64,000 nt of DNA from NCBI RefSeq assembly GCF_009914755.1, contig NC_060927.1. One strand, 5' to 3'. The notes below the pieces were generated by a model. It ran no database searches and was not told where the DNA came from. It saw nothing but the letters and a program-made list of their open reading frames with translations. Positions within the stretch are counted from its first letter, which is position 1, and each line of letters opens with the position of its first letter. Made by a program: the position numbers and the translations under genes. Origin of the DNA: the human T2T-CHM13v2.0 reference genome, Homo sapiens. Positions 1-15,255 of this stretch are shown here, piece after piece.

Positions 1-3000
1 TCTAACCCACTCCCTTGGAAAACCTCACTTTCGTCAAGACTTTGGGAACTTTTCTGCCTTCCTCCCAGAGGCATTTGGGTTTTAAATAAAAACCAGGGAG
101 GCAGTGTTCAGGCAAGCTCCTGGTATTTATTTTGGAGCTCTATGTGGGGATGAAACGGAATCTCTAGATTGCCTCTCCGCCTTCAGTCCCAGGAATGAGG
201 GGACTATTTTCTTGGTACCTTACATTATGGGGGGCATTGCCTTCCCTCCTAAACTCTAGACAGTGGACTCCCTGAGGGCAGTGACTGTGGTGTTCCTAGT
301 TGTGTCCCAGCACCCAGCGCTGAGTGTGTGCTCCGAGAGGGCTCACTGAGAGGAAGAACGGATTTGTATGCAGCGTCAGCCTCCTCTCCGGGACTCACAG
401 GCACCCACAGGAGGTTATGCCACAGCTGTTTCCTACTCCTCTCCTCTCCTCTCCCACTTTCTGTTTTTCTTCACTTTGCTTTTCCAGTGACTAGTAAGCC
501 AGTGAATGAGATCCTTATGATTTTTAATTTTGGGAATTCTGAAAAATTTTTCCGTAGCGTAATTCATTTTCCAATGTGGTTCATGTATATTTGGGGAAAA
601 TGGGTATCGTTAAGTTTGTTAAGCATTAAGTTCTATTTATAGCTATTAGAGCATGATTGTTAATCAAGTATACCCCTACTTATTTTTTTCTACTTGATTT
701 GTTGATTTCTGAGTGAGAAATGTTAAAGTCTCCCATTTTGATCATAGCTTTGTCAATTTCTCCTTTTGGTTTCTGTTTTTGCTTTATGTATTGTTAAGCT
801 GTGTTTTAGGTATATAAAGATTAATGATTTTATATCTCCTAGATGTTCATTTATCAGTAGTAAGCAAATGGGTTTGTCTCTTGAATTTTTTTTCCTTCTT
901 GGTCAAGCCTTCTCTGTGTTCTGACGTTAATACTTTTGTATCTTTTTCTTTATCATTTGCCTTATTTGTATTTTTTCCTTGAGAAGTGTTTTTTTTTTTT
1001 TTAAATAGAAGAGTGCACAGATGTAACGAGCACAGATTCACACAACCGAGGACTGATTACTGTTGATCTTTTTCTCCCTCTTTCTCTTTTTATAAGAAAC
1101 AAACAATCACAGATAGAGCTACAGTTCTCTTAACCAACACTCCTTGTCTCCCCCAGACTTTCCTGAAGCATCCACTCTCATGAGTTTGGTGGGTGCCCTT
1201 CCTATCTATTAATCATGCTTTTACATACATGCATGCTGTTTCTAAATAGTACACATTAGGATTTTTGTGGTTTTAAATTTATGTAGATGATGTCATACAC
1301 TATGTAGCATTGTGCACATTTCATTTTAAACTTACTCTATTTAAAAAAAAAATCCAACCCTGTTGCTGTATGTAGATCTTGTTCTTTTTAACTGATCTAA
1401 CTATGTAGAATTCTATCATAAAATTACACATTACATTTTATGTGTGTATTTAGTTGCTGATATACATTTGTGCAGTTTCTTATTTGCAGTCTTACAAACA
1501 ATGCTGCAGAGTACATCCTTGTACAAGTCTAAGTATTTCTATATGTTTCTCCAGACTGGCTGACTGTTCCACATCCCTGATAGCATGTGGGAGCATTTCT
1601 CTCCGGTGTATATTAGTAAGTGGAGTCTCTGAATTGTGGAATATGGATATAGGCAGTTTTAGTGGATTCTGTCTAGTGTGGGGTACGCTTACACCCCACT
1701 CTTTAGCAACACAACAGTACCCCTCTCTACTTCCTTGCCTTGAGATCATCAATACTTTAAAATATTTGCCCACCTGACTGGCAAAAAACAAGATTTATTG
1801 TGTGTTGTTTTGATTTGCATTTCCATGGAACTGAGAGTGTTTATTGGCCTCGAAACTTTTCTCCTTTGGAGCAGGGTATGTTTGTGTGGGGAGAGTATCA
1901 TTTTCCCATTGCTTGCATGGCTTTCTATTTTTTTTAACCTAATCTGAGACTCCTTGGCTTTTATAAGATTTTAATTTATTAAACTATTTTACTTTCTGAA
2001 ATATTTAAGCTCATTTCTGCCACCTTATTTTAAGCTTTTGTTTACATTATTTTCTTATTGCCATTTTTGTGTTTTCCTTTCCTACTCTTTGTTATGTTGA
2101 TAAAATTTACTTATTTCCATTTATATTCTGTGGTTGCCTATAAATCTTTATTGTCAATATTTAAAGATATTATTCCATTCATGTTTATAATTAGCAACAT
2201 ATTTCTTTTGGATTTATTTGTCCATTCTCAGTCCATTATTTAGAGGTTTGTAGATGGAAAGAATTCTGAATTCTCAAATGTCTGAAAATGGCATTAGTCG
2301 CTTTCACATCTAAATGAGTGTTTGGCTGGGTATAGAACTTTATATTTAAGACCTATTTGAATTATTTTTAACCCTCAATAAATAACATTATCCTTGATAA
2401 ACAATCCTTAATAAATAACATTAGCATTATTTCCCCATTGTTTTCTTGCATTTAATGTCGCTTGTAAGAAGTCTCCTGTTAACATCATTCTTATTCCTCT
2501 ATATTTTATCTGTTTTTTTTCTCCTCTCTGGGAGCATCTATGATTAAAGAGAATTCTTATTAAGACTGTGAAATGTAAATACTTTACAATTTATTTTTTA
2601 TTATTGTGTTCATTGATAATCATTTTCAGTTAACTTTGTACTTGGTTTGGGAAACTTTAGGGTCTTCAACTTTGAGCAATTGTCTTCTTCTATTTCTTTG
2701 AACTTGTGGTGCAGAGTTGAGTTTATCATTCACCTCAATTCAACGCCTACTCACCATTGGTCTGCGCGTAACTTTTCTCATCTGATGTTACCAGTTTTTG
2801 CCTCTCATATCATTAATCTACACTTCCATCCCTCCTTCCCCCTCCCCACCCCGCAGTAGTACCCTTGCTAGCGGCTTTGGTATATATCCTTGCTCTCTAT
2901 GGTATTTTTGTTTATGTACCTATTTTCTTTTTCCCTTTTAGACCTCAGGTGCAGGGCGTTGAGTTTACCAAGTTCCCCAGTTCATGATCATTGCCCTTAT

Positions 3001-4654
3001 TTGTCTATTCAGGGCCCTTCTCTTGTTTTATTTATTCTGTTTTGTTTCCTCAGCTCCTCCAATGCCTTTACTTCCCATCCCTAAACATTTCTATATGTTC
3101 TTATAAAATATATAGAGTTGTTTATCTGTGAAGATATTTTCCATTTACACACGTGGCATTTTACTGCAGAACTTGTTTCTTAGGCTTTTCACTGAGCACT
3201 GGTTTTCGAAGACCCACCCATGTTGCTCTGAACACACAGTCCTTAGGGATGGTCCAGCAGCCCATGCTTTATTTGCTGCATAGCACTCCATCCCCTGGTG
3301 AAGGGACCTCAGTTGCCTCTGTTCCTTGCCACCTCAAACAACACGATGATGAACATCTCACATATGTCCCCTGTGGACCTATGTGGGATTTTTCTGGAAA
3401 TACATATCCAGGAGGGCAACTTCTGAATTGTGGGTATAGATTTTCTTCACTTAATTAAATACTGCCAGATTTATCCCCCAAATGTGTGTATCACTGCACA
3501 TTCCTGTCACTAGGGAATGGAAGACACTGTATTCAAACTTTCTGTGAACATTACCATTGTCTGATTTTCTAATTTTTTTCCAATCTACTAAGAACATAGA
3601 AATTTCTTTTATTTTAATTTGCATTTCTCTAATCACTAAACACGGTAGCTGTTTCAGTTTTCTCTTTGCAATTACCTGTTCTTATCATTTTACCATTCTT
3701 TTTTTTTCTGTTGTTTTGACTGTGTCTTTTTTGTGGTTATTGTTGATTTTTTAGGAGATCCTTTTAGAAATTAGATTCTTGTCAATTTAATACATTGTAA
3801 ATATTTTCTTCCAACCATCTGCCTATAATTTTGTCTATGACTTCTGTCAATGAAGAAAAATACCTAAATTTTATTTAATCAAATCATCTTTTAAAATTGA
3901 TTAACTTACTGCTTGTGATGTATAATTTGAGAATTTTATTTAAGGAGTCTTCCATCTCTAGGATACAGAGATTTATTATCTACTATCAGTTTTATAGTTT
4001 TACATTTTACTCTTAAGCCTTTAATCTATCCAAATTCTGTCTTTATGCATTATGTTAGATAAGGATCCAGTTTAAGTTTTTTTCTGAAGTAAGCCATTTT
4101 TTCCAAGGCAATTTTGTAAAGAGATAATCTTTTCCACATTAATTTGCGATGTCACTTTATCTGTGTCAAATTATCATATATACAGGAGCAGGTCTCTGAG
4201 CTCTATCTTCCGTACCATTGTCCATTTGTGTGTCCTTGTGCCAGCAATAGACTGTTTTTATTGTTATGGCTTTGTAGTATGTCTTAATAGCTATTTGGGC
4301 AATTTCAAAATAGTTTATTTATGGTTCTTTATTTTTCTGTGTATATGTCCATATAAATTTAAAAACTTTAAAAACACCTCTTGGACTTTTAATTGTGATT
4401 ACAGGGTGTTTTAGGTTATTTGGGGGAGCATCAACATCCTTATACTATTAGATGTTCCCACCCAAAAGTATGGGATGTCTGCTTATTCAAATCTTTTGTG
4501 CCCTTCAGTGGAGGTGTTAGGTATTCTTTGTCAAGATAATTCTTAGATGACAGTTTTTTTTTTTTTTCTGAATCCTGAATGGCATCTTTTTTGTGTTACA
4601 TTTTCTAATGATTTCTGGTTTAGAGAATGCTGTTGAGTTTTGTAACTTGATATT

Positions 4655-4983
4655 GTGTGTCTTAGACAGGACAACAAAATACCCTGGACTAGGTGGCTTC
4701 TAAACAACATTTGTTTCTTGCAGTTCTGGAGGGTGGGAAGTGTAAGATCAGGGTGTCCATAGATTCAGTGGCTGGTGAGTGCCCGTGTCCTGATTCATAG
4801 GTGACACCTTCTTGCTGTGTCTTCACATGGTAGAAGGTGCGAGGAACCTCTTTTATAAGAGTGTTATTCCCATTCTTAAGGTCTATACCTGATGACCTAA
4901 TTACCTCCCAAAGGTCCTCCACCTTGCGTGCTAAAATTTCAACATAAGAATTTTGGGGGAACACAAACATTTAGACCATAACA
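4655..4983 (-). mobile_element. MLT1A/B-like ERVL-MaLR solo LTR
   Basis: Reverse complement of the right end reads TGTTATGGTCTAAATGTTTGTGTTCCCCCAAAATTC, matching the MLT1A start; internal 'cagttctggagggtgggaagtgtaagatcaggg'. Confidence 0.8.
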
Positions 4984-7139
4984 TTGTTTCTGACAACTTG
5001 CTAAACTCTCTTTTCATTTGAATATTTATTGATTCAGTTGAAAGGATAGGTCTTTGAAATATTTAGCAGTTGTGTGTGTGTATGTATGGGTTTTAGATTT
5101 ACATAAATGATATGGTATAAACCTCCTTCTGTTCTATTCTTTTCTGTTGTTAAACATAATGTTTCTAAACCATATCCATGTTACCGCATGGATCTCAATA
5201 TATGATTCCTTTTGCTATCTGCAGCATATGCCACTACGTTTTGTTTATCCATTTTCTTAGTGATTAAATCCTAGGTTGCCCCCACTCCCTGCTATGAGAA
5301 TCATCGACGTGATAGGCATCCCTATATATGTTCCTTTATGGAGCCACGCACCAATTTTTTCCAGAGCAGTATCAGGAATGGAGTTGATGGGTCACAGGAT
5401 ATATGCATGCTGAATTGTATTATACTAATTGCTTCCAGATTGTTTTTCAGAATTTCTATACCAGTCTACACACCCACTGATGTTAAAACAGGGTTTCTTT
5501 CCCTGCATACACCATCACCATCATTTGTTATTGTTCAACTTTATAATTTTTACTACTCTAATGGCTGCAAAATTGTATCTTGTTAGATTTATTTTTCTAA
5601 TTACTAACTAGAAAATCAGTATTCTAATTACTAATTATTATTCTAATTAGAAAAACATTCTAGTTACCAAGATGAAGCGTCTCTCCATAAACTTGTTAGT
5701 CATTCAGGTTTCCCCCACTTGAACTGTCCTTCTTCATTTGCAAGAGTTCCTTTAGAATTCTGACATTAATTATTACAATATCTCCTCCCAATGTGCCACT
5801 GGCCTATTCACTTTGTCCCAGGTATTCTTTATTGTGCATGGCCGGTATAACTCCTAGGCATTTTGTTTTTTTGCTGCTACCATGAATGGCATCTTGTTTT
5901 CTATTGTAGTTTGGGTGGTAGTGGTATAGAGAACAGCACTGACTTTTGGAAGTGAATCTTGTTTCTGACAGCTTTGCTAAATGTTCTTATTATTTCTATT
6001 GTTTATCCAGTTTTGTTGTATTTTTCTATGTAGATAATCAAATTATCTGCAAATATGAGAGTTTTGATTCTTCCCTTTCTATCTTTTACCTCTTATTTCA
6101 TTTTCTTGTTCTATTCTATAGGGTGGGGCTGCTAGTACTAGGGTGAAAGTAGTTAAAACAGTGACAGTGGACATCTTTGATTGGTTGTTGATATTAAAGA
6201 GAAATGCCTAAAGATTTTCCATGGAGTGTGATATTTACTCCATGTTTTAATCTATAGCCATGTTAACATAAGGAAGTTCTGTCTCTTAGTTTTCTGAGAA
6301 CTTTTATCACAAATAATTATATTTTTATCATAAATAATTAGGCTATTTTTTTTGGCACCTAATGACACAATAATGTAATTTTCTCCATTGGTCCATCAAT
6401 GTGTGGAATACATTAACTTCTAAAAATTTTATTGCAGTATAATGTATTCTTTTTAATACACTTTTGGATTCAGATAACTATTTTTAAGGGTCTTATTTTC
6501 TTTCCTTATAAGATCCTTATCTGCCTTTGGAATCTCAAATACATAAGCTTCATAAAATGAGTTTGGACAGACTTTACTGTTTTCTGGAACATCTTGTATA
6601 ACAAAGAGTTTAACAGTTTCTTAAGATTGTGTTGGTCTGTCTATAAAGCCACCTAAGCTTGAGGTTTTTCATGGTGTTTGAAGTGGGCAGTAGGAACAAG
6701 GTAGTCTTTAATTCCATAATTTCTATTTTTTAATGATTATTTTATTTTGAGTTAATCTTTTACCACATTTGGCACTATATACTCTTTCCAGAACTGTATC
6801 CATTGTTATCACATTGATTGTTCATAATTCTTTTTCATTCTGCATTTTGCTTAAAATTTTCTCTTTTTTCCTTTGTCAGTCTTGATGGATTTGTCCATTT
6901 TATTAGTGTTTTTAAAGAGCCAGTTTAATATTTTCTTTGTTTTATTTGAGTGTTCTCTATTTTGTTGATTTCTGCTTTTATAATTTTTTTAATATTTCTT
7001 TTTTTTTCTTTTGGGGATTTTTTTGCTGTTCTTCCAGCTTCTTAATTTGAATGCTTACTTTATTTATGGTCTGATAAATGTATTTAAAAGCTATAAACTT
7101 TCTCTAAGTACTGCTTTAGCTATAAACTATGGATTTTGA

Positions 7140-7491
<352 letters not shown>

Positions 7492-7755
7492 TACCATAAA
7501 TTTTAAACTTTGGTTGTGTTAATATTTTTCTGATTGATATGTTAATTTCTGAAAAGAATGTGTCAAAATCTCCAACCAAAATTATTGACATAAATTTTTT
7601 CTATAGTATATAGCAATAATAAATTAATTGTTAATTTATATATTTTGAAGCTATATCTTTAGTTTTATGTGGGTATGTAATCTTTGTGTCTTAAAGATGT
7701 ATTATTCATTTTACCAGGACATAATTTTTTTCTCTTTATGAGATTTTTTTGCCTT

Positions 7756-7835
7756 AAAATTTTAATATAAGATAAAATATATAATTTTAATATAAAATAA
7801 TTTTAATATAAGATAAAATTTTAATATAAGATATA
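7756..7835. repeat. AT-rich short tandem repeat (~18-bp unit AAAATTTTAATATAAGAT)
   Basis: About 4 imperfect copies of attttaatata(a/g)ata read directly. Confidence 0.75.
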
Positions 7836-7978
7836 TATTAAAGTACTACTCTCATTTTATATTTACCTATAATATCATCTTTAATTCCTTTATTTTCCAA
7901 CATTCTATATCCTTCTGTTTGAGGTATTTTCTTCTGGGCAATACATGGTTTGATTTTTTAAAAAAATCCATTCTGAGA

Positions 7979-8109
7979 GGCTGGGTGCAGTGGTTCATGC
8001 CTGTAATCCTAGCATTTTGGGAGGCCGAGGTGGGAGGATTGCTTGAGCCCAGGAGTTCAAGACCACCCTGGGCAATGCGGCAAAACCCCATCTCTATTAA
8101 AAAAAAAAC
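7979..8109 (+). mobile_element. Free left Alu monomer (FLAM-like) with TSD
   Basis: Left monomer only, followed by an A-tail; flanked by aaaatc(c/a)attctgaga at 7963-7978 and 8110-8125. Confidence 0.88.
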
Positions 8110-8549
8110 AAAATCAATTCTGAGAGTCTATCTTTTGATTGGTGAAGTATACTATAGTTGCTATTATGTTGGTACTTATCTCAGCAATTTCAGTTCCTGT
8201 TTTCTATTTACTATCCTTTTGTATTATTTCAATTTTCCCTTTTTCTAACTTCTATTGGATAGATCCATTTCTTTCTGCTGATACGAAACTCGTACATCCT
8301 TTATTTATTCTTCTGTGGTTGCCTCTAACTTAACAACTTATGCTTATTATCACCTTCTCCATCTTCCTGCTGAATATGACAGTTACTTGAGCCATTTCTT
8401 ACCTCCTACTGGTTTTCTCCCTCTACCTGTCACCATATATTTCATCTACAATTTTCGTTCTGGAGTTTGAAGGATATCACTTTTGTTTTATTAGGGTTTT
8501 ATTTATTTAGACTATAATTAACTCTATTAATTTATTTACCCATACTTCC

Positions 8550-8702
8550 AGCCCATATCTAGAATTGCCAGGTGAATTACAGGAGGCCTAGATAAATTTG
8601 AGTATTGTACAGGACATACATATTCTAAAAAATTACTCATCATTTTTCTGAAATTGAAATGTAACCCAGTGTCCTGTTGTTGCTCCTAAGTCTGGCAACC
8701 CT
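8550..8702. mobile_element. MER53-like hAT MITE (internally deleted)
   Basis: Ends 'agaattgccag' and 'tctggcaaccct'; internal 'taaatttga...ctgaaattgaaatgtaacccagtgtcctg' matches the palindromic MER53 consensus. Confidence 0.7.
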
Positions 8703-9055
8703 ACCGATATTTCACAGAATCCTCCATATTCCACAGACTCCTCCATAGAGTTGTTATTTCTATTTCTCCTTTTTTTCTTTTTTTTTATGTATGTTTCTTT
8801 TTGTTTTCTTGTTTCTATTTCTCTATTTCTGAGTATGTCCATCAAGAGTTTTTTTTTTCACTGAGAGTTTGTGTGTGGTAAAGCACATAAGATCTTGTAT
8901 TACTGAAAGTGTCTTTATTTTGCTTTCACATTTAAATGATAGTTTTCCTGAACATACTATACTGGTTTCAAGTTCTTTTACTTCAGCCCTTTGAAAATAA
9001 CATTCTTTGTCTTTTTGTATCCAGTGTTGCTGTTGAGAAGGTTGATGCCAACTGA

Positions 9056-9356
<301 letters not shown>

Positions 9357-10894
9357 TTAATTCTTACTTTTTAGTAGATGATCTGCTTTTAGTCTCCAAC
9401 TTCTAGGCTCAAGGGATCCTCCTGCCTCAGCATCCCCAAGTAGCCTGTCTGGCTGCTTTAAAATTTTCTTTTTGTCTTTGATGCTCTTTATTCTCACTAT
9501 AATGTGAAGAGATCTTTCTTCTTATTTACATTGTTTCACTTTTCAAGGCATTTCCATTTAAGGTTTTGTCTCTTTCATTCTGTGACGTTCTCAACCATAT
9601 TTCTTTAAGTATGTCTTCTGCTGTTTATTTTTGTCTCTATTTCTGGGAGTTAACTTGTTCTCTGAGTTGGCATTTGTTCTTCTACTTTCTTTATCTCTGA
9701 ACTTTTCTTTCATTTATGCAGTCTTTTCATGATGCCATCTGGGATTGCTGTCCTCAACCTGATCATGGAGTGTACTGATTCTTTCTTCAGTTGTATCCAT
9801 TCTGCTGCTGTACCCATCCATGAGTTCTTTATTCCAAATAGTATATGTTTCATACCCAGGATTTTCAGCTGGTTCATTGTGACTTCTGATTCATGCTCTT
9901 TGTTTCCAGTATTCTCAACGTATCTTTGAGGAAGTTTAATATGCCCATTTTTGAGTTGTTTTTATTTCCCATTAGTTCTGTTTCACCTGGTAGAGATGGC
10001 TCAGTCTGTCCTTTCCTCATAACAGTCACACTCCTAAGATGCCTCCGTGCTTGTCCTTGTTGACTCCTGGAGGTATTAGCTACCTAGACTGATGAAGTGT
10101 AACTGAGAAGAGAGGCTTCTGCCCCTCCTCCTAATGTGTTCAGGACAAGGAGGAGATGGGGCAAATGTGCCTTAAGGTGAGGGGCCTGTGGAATTATTTC
10201 CATACTGACAGTGCTGATTTTTCAAGACCTGACTTCCTCAACTGCAGCCAGCTTGCCAGGGGCTATAGAAGGTAGACAGGAGAGGAGAGAATGCAGGACT
10301 CTGTCAGTATTTCTTTATCTGCTGCAAACTATTTCACATTCCAGTGGGACTTGAAAGCCATCTTGATATCTGGCCGCTATCGTTCTGCCTCACAGGAGTC
10401 AAGGGAAAGCATGTTATTCCCAGAGCAATAGGAAGGAGAGAAGAGGGCAGTCCAGCCTCTCTCCTAACCTGTCTCTTGTCCTTGGTGTTTGGTCTTCTTA
10501 TGCTCTAAGCTGCTATTTCCCATCCTCCTCCTTGCAACACATGCATCACAGTGAAACCACCTTCCGTTGTCTCGCAGTGGTGAAGTCATTTCAGAGTTTG
10601 TATGTTGGTTAACAGGCTTACTAACATCCCTTTGACTTCTGGGGTGTCTCCAGGGCTGTGTTCCAGAGAATGAGCCTGCACCTGGGTTGGTTTGCCTTCC
10701 TAGAAGGATGCTGATGTCTTCTACTTTCTCACTAATTTTACCCCTCCTTATTTTTCTCTGTTCATTTCTTCTAAAACTACTATTTGATAGAAACTGATTT
10801 CTAAGTCCATATATCCCTTAATTATTCTTTTGCACTTTCTGGTCATTTTTACATCTGCCCTGAATCTTGAAGAAATTAGTACAATCTTTTAGCA

Positions 10895-11414
10895 CAGGGA
10901 TCCCCAACCCCTGCGCCATGGACTGATACTGGTCTGTGGCCTGTTAGGCACTGGGCTGCACAGCAGGAGGTGAGCAGCGGGTGAACGAGTGAAGCTTCAT
11001 CTGTATTTACAGCCACTCCCCATTGCTCATATCACTGCCTGAGCTCTGCCTCCTGTCAGATCAGCAGTGGCATTAGATTCTCTTAGGAGCACAAATCCTA
11101 TTGTGCTTTGCATGTGAGGGATCTAGGTTGTGGGCTCCTTATGACAATCTAATGCCTGATGATCTGTCACTGCCTCCCATCACCCCTAGATGGGACTGTC
11201 TAGTTGAAGGAAAACAAGCTTAGGGCTCCTACTAATTCTACATTATGGTGAGTTGTATAATTATTTCATTATATGTTACAATGTAATAATAATAAAGTGT
11301 ACAATAAATATAATGCACTTGAATAATCCTGAAACCCTCCCTGCCACTCCGGTCCATGAAAAAATTGTCTTCCATAAAACTGGTCCCTGGTGCCAAAAAG
11401 GTTGGGGACTGCTG
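10895..11414 (+). mobile_element. MER1A hAT-Charlie DNA transposon, full length
   Basis: TIRs CAGGGATCCCCAACC and GGTTGGGGACTGCTG; ~520 bp; perfect 8-bp TSD TTTTAGCA at 10887-10894 and 11415-11422. Confidence 0.92.
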
Positions 11415-12754
11415 TTTTAGCACAGGAATTTACTTCTCAGCCTTTCTCTTTCTGGAATTCAGTACATTTAATTGAGTTTTTACATTTTGATAATCATATA
11501 TTTTATTTTCAAGAACTTTGTCTTTTTTTTAATGTCAGCTGTTTCTTGTTTCATGGATGTGGTATCCTTTATTATCTCCCTGAGGACATTACTATACCTT
11601 AAAAGTTGCTTTCAGACTATCTCCTAACTCTTTTCTTACTTGTTGTTACTATTGGTTGAGTTTGGTGCCTTTCTTTCATATATTGGTGATTCTTTGGTGT
11701 GTACCTTTCTGTGTTTTTGAGATTCCCAGTGTACTAATCTGGAGATACTATTTTTCACATGCTGATTAGCCTGCTTCTAGTAATTTCTTTATGGAGGGAG
11801 AGATTGGGGTGAGTGTGGGAGAACAAAGGTATGTGAAGTTGACATATACTATAAGCAGGAATATTGGGTCTCATCTTAGACTTCTCTGGTCTAAGCCTCT
11901 GGTGTATAGGCTAAGGTTTCTGCTGCCTGATGCTTGGGATCAGGAATGGGGCTAAGAGACCCACTTGCCTAAATGTTCCAGATGCCATGCCCCAAACAAC
12001 CATGCCAATGGTCACTTATTTGTACTCCCTATTCCAGCCACCTTTTAGCTTGGAGCATCCCCAGAGTTGTACCATATTTCACAGTGGTCCCTAGTTGAGG
12101 GTCTTTGACTGATGTCTTTGGCTGAATTCCATCAGCCAAAAATCTAATTTTTGTTTTTTGTTTTGTTTTGGTTTTGACTTGGTCATTTGTGAAAAGGCAG
12201 GCAGACACATATGTTCAGTGTGCCATCTTGATATAATCTCTATGGACTATTTATTATTTTTAAAGCAAATTTATTCTTAAAAATTATTTTTACCGCATAT
12301 CAAGCAGAGAAAAATTGCACAGAAGAGCAACCTGATAACTGGTATCAAACAGCTGAAAATTGATCTACAAAACTTGAGGATCACAAAAGGTCACTTTTTG
12401 TGGAGTGAGGCTCCTTCTCCCTACCCTGAGAAGAGCAGGAGCCTGGAACTCTGGAGGCCTCAGAAGCTCATGGGGGCAAAGCCTGTTGTCTGCAGCTGCC
12501 CAGACACATCTGAGCAGACCCACCAGATCTGTTCCAAGACAGCAGCTCTGCCAACTGTATCAGCTCTGTCCCACCACAGGCTTGGCCTCGGGGACCTTCT
12601 CTGCGGCTGGTAAGTATATAACACATAGTGTTCAAAGTTTGGACAGCCCTATGTGGCCACCCCATTTAGAGCCTTGTCACTTTTAGGGCTTTGTGCACCA
12701 GCAGGCATGGATCCTCTACCCATGGAATTCTGACCTCCCAGGCCCAGGATCTCT

Positions 12755-12990
12755 CTGCCTCCTCCTGCTCCCTGACCTCCTCTTCATCCTCCCTCTTCTC
12801 TGCTTCTCTATTTCCTCCTCTTGCTCCTCCCCTTCTTCTCCTTTTCCTTCTCTCTCCTCCTCCCTCCTTTTTCCTCCTCTCTCCTCCTCCCTCCTTCTTC
12901 CTCCTCCTCCCCTCTTTCTCCTCTCTACCTCTTTCTCTTCCCCAACTCCATTTCCTTCTCCTCGTCCAGCCCCGGCCTCCTCCTTACTCC
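12755..12990. repeat. CT-rich low-complexity polypyrimidine tract, (CTC/CTT)n-like
   Basis: About 230 bp almost entirely C/T on the + strand. Confidence 0.9.
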
Positions 12991-15039
12991 TTGACTATCT
13001 CCATGGATGTAGACCTTTAGAAAGGAACCTCATTTGCAGTTGACTCCAGGCAACTTCTCTTTCTTCATTTTTCCTACTGTGAAACTAAAATCTCTAGGGA
13101 GTAGGAAGTCTAGAACTCAAAACCCTAAGGCCTGGCTACCTTGCCTATGAAAAGCAAAGGCAGAACTCCCTCGGTTCCTTTGCTGCTACTCTCACTGCAG
13201 CCGAGGTAGAGATAGGCACCCTTAGTTTCTCTTTCAGTTCTTTGCCATGCTACTGCTGCAATCGTTGCCTTGAGTGTGTACTTCTGATTGCCCAATCCCA
13301 CCTCCCCATTGGCACAAGGCTGTTCCCAGCTGGGCCCAGGCCTGCCCCTTTGTCCATTGTAGTCTGACCCCTGTCCAGTCACTCAAGATAATGTCCTTTT
13401 CCTGCATCTGCCGCTTCATCTAGCCTCTTCTGGGGCTCTGAGGGTCTGTCCTGGCCCTGGTGAATATTCAGGGCATGCTGGTAAGGGGGAAAACAGGGGA
13501 AGAAGAGAAAAGAGGGACCAAGCTGAGTGAAGGGGGCCAGCTTGGGGACACCCCTCAGCCATGGGGCCTCTGTCCTTTCCTTCCAGGACTGAGAGATAGA
13601 TAGCCCTGACAACTCTCGAGATGCTTGAGGAAGGCCTCTCATGTGGGTAGAGGAGGCATGTCCTTGTTTAGTGAAGTTCAGGGCCTGAGGCTGTTGACCC
13701 ATCTGATGCCTGAAAATCTAACCCGAGATACTCAGTCCTTTGGGGTAAGGCCTGCCCTCTTAGACATAACCATCCTGAGAGGGGGGCGGACGAAGCTGTA
13801 AGCCCTCTTGAGGAGTAGAATATTATACTTCTGAGATTTCCACCAAGCCAGGGCACTGATGGGATCTGCAGAGGTGAAATGAGCCAGGGTTATGGCTCTG
13901 CACTTCAGAGACCTGAGGTGGTCAGAACTCTGGATCAGTAGTGAAGCCCTGGCTATTCATCTCCATGAATAACTGCCTGATGATCTTGGCTCTAGGGGTC
14001 TGTTCTGTGGCCACCCCCACTGGGAAGCAAGCCTCAGGGTTCCTTCTGACCCCAGGTCCTTGAACCTGTCTCAGCATAGACCATACTGTTGGTCCTTCCA
14101 GCTCACTCCACAGGGCACACAAGGACTCCTCAGAAGACTCAGGGGTGGTGGCTCTATTTACCATTTTATGCCCCCCAAGCCTGATGCAGGCTCTGGTCCC
14201 CAGTAGGTCAACAGGTGTTGGGGGGCTAAAGGAACTCAGCTGTGCACTGAGCCCTGAGCCATGGGAAACACAGAGTAGAAGCCCAAAGTGTGGTCCCCGG
14301 AACCAGGACAAGTGCCAGAGGGAGTGCCTTTTCACAGGTGTGGCCCTTTCAAAATGCTTGGCCTTCTTCCACCGGAGGCCAGCCCAGCCCCTCTTCTGGG
14401 GACAGCCCCGGCAGGGTCCATGGGAACATGAGGCTCCCGGCTGTTGTTTGTCTCAGCTAATCTCAAGAATGCACTTGTTTTCCCTTTTGGTTTGGGAAGT
14501 CCTCAGCAGCTCCCCTTCATGTCGATAGTGCTGAGGGTAGAGGCCGTGGGAGCCAGAGGGCAATGATCCTGGCTTGCTCTGTTGCTGGCTTGCTTTCTTT
14601 CCAACTGTTTCTGTTACCTCCGGCCTCCATTTCAGCTTCTCCTTGAAGTTTCTAGCAACCCTGGAAAGAAACGTTCTGAATTTCAACACTTCAGCCAGTC
14701 TCCTCACAGTAGGGAGTACTTGGGCAGGTGTGATCATCTCTATTTTACAGATGAACCTGGAGCTCAGAGAGGCTAAGTTAATGCTCATGGACACAGCAAG
14801 TGAGAGCAGAGCTGGAATAGAACCCAGCACCTCCCGCCGCCCACCCCGGCCCTCCACTCCAAGCTCCAACTCCAGGGCACCAATCTCACTTGGCAGCTAC
14901 TGTCTGTTACTTGCCATCTCCTTCACTTGATTTCCTTGAGAGGAGTCCTGCAATACTCATCTTTGTACTCCTAAGCGTGGCCCAGTGTCCAGAAACATAG
15001 AAGATACTCAAAGGATATTTGTTCAAAGAATGAATGGCC

Positions 15040-15255
15040 TCTACTATGTGCCAGGAATTCTACTGGGTGATTTTTACACATGTAATCCTTGATCTTCACA
15101 ACAACTCTGAGAGGTAGCTGTTGTCCCCATTTCATGAATGGAACCTCTAGGGTTCAGAGAAGTTAAGTAAGTTGGCAAAGATCATGGAGCTTGTAAAAGG
15201 TTGAGATGAGATTCGGATCCAAGTGGTTGGACTCCAGGACTCATGCTGGCTCCCA
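15040..15255 (-). mobile_element. MIR SINE
   Basis: 'ctactatgtgccagg...cttcacaacaactctgagaggtag...cccatttc...cagagaagttaagtaagttg' is antisense MIR core. Another fragment lies at ~14735-14830. Confidence 0.75.

Noticed and set aside
12691-13043. Leu/Ser/Pro-rich overlapping ORFs
   Set aside because: Translations of the CT low-complexity tract.
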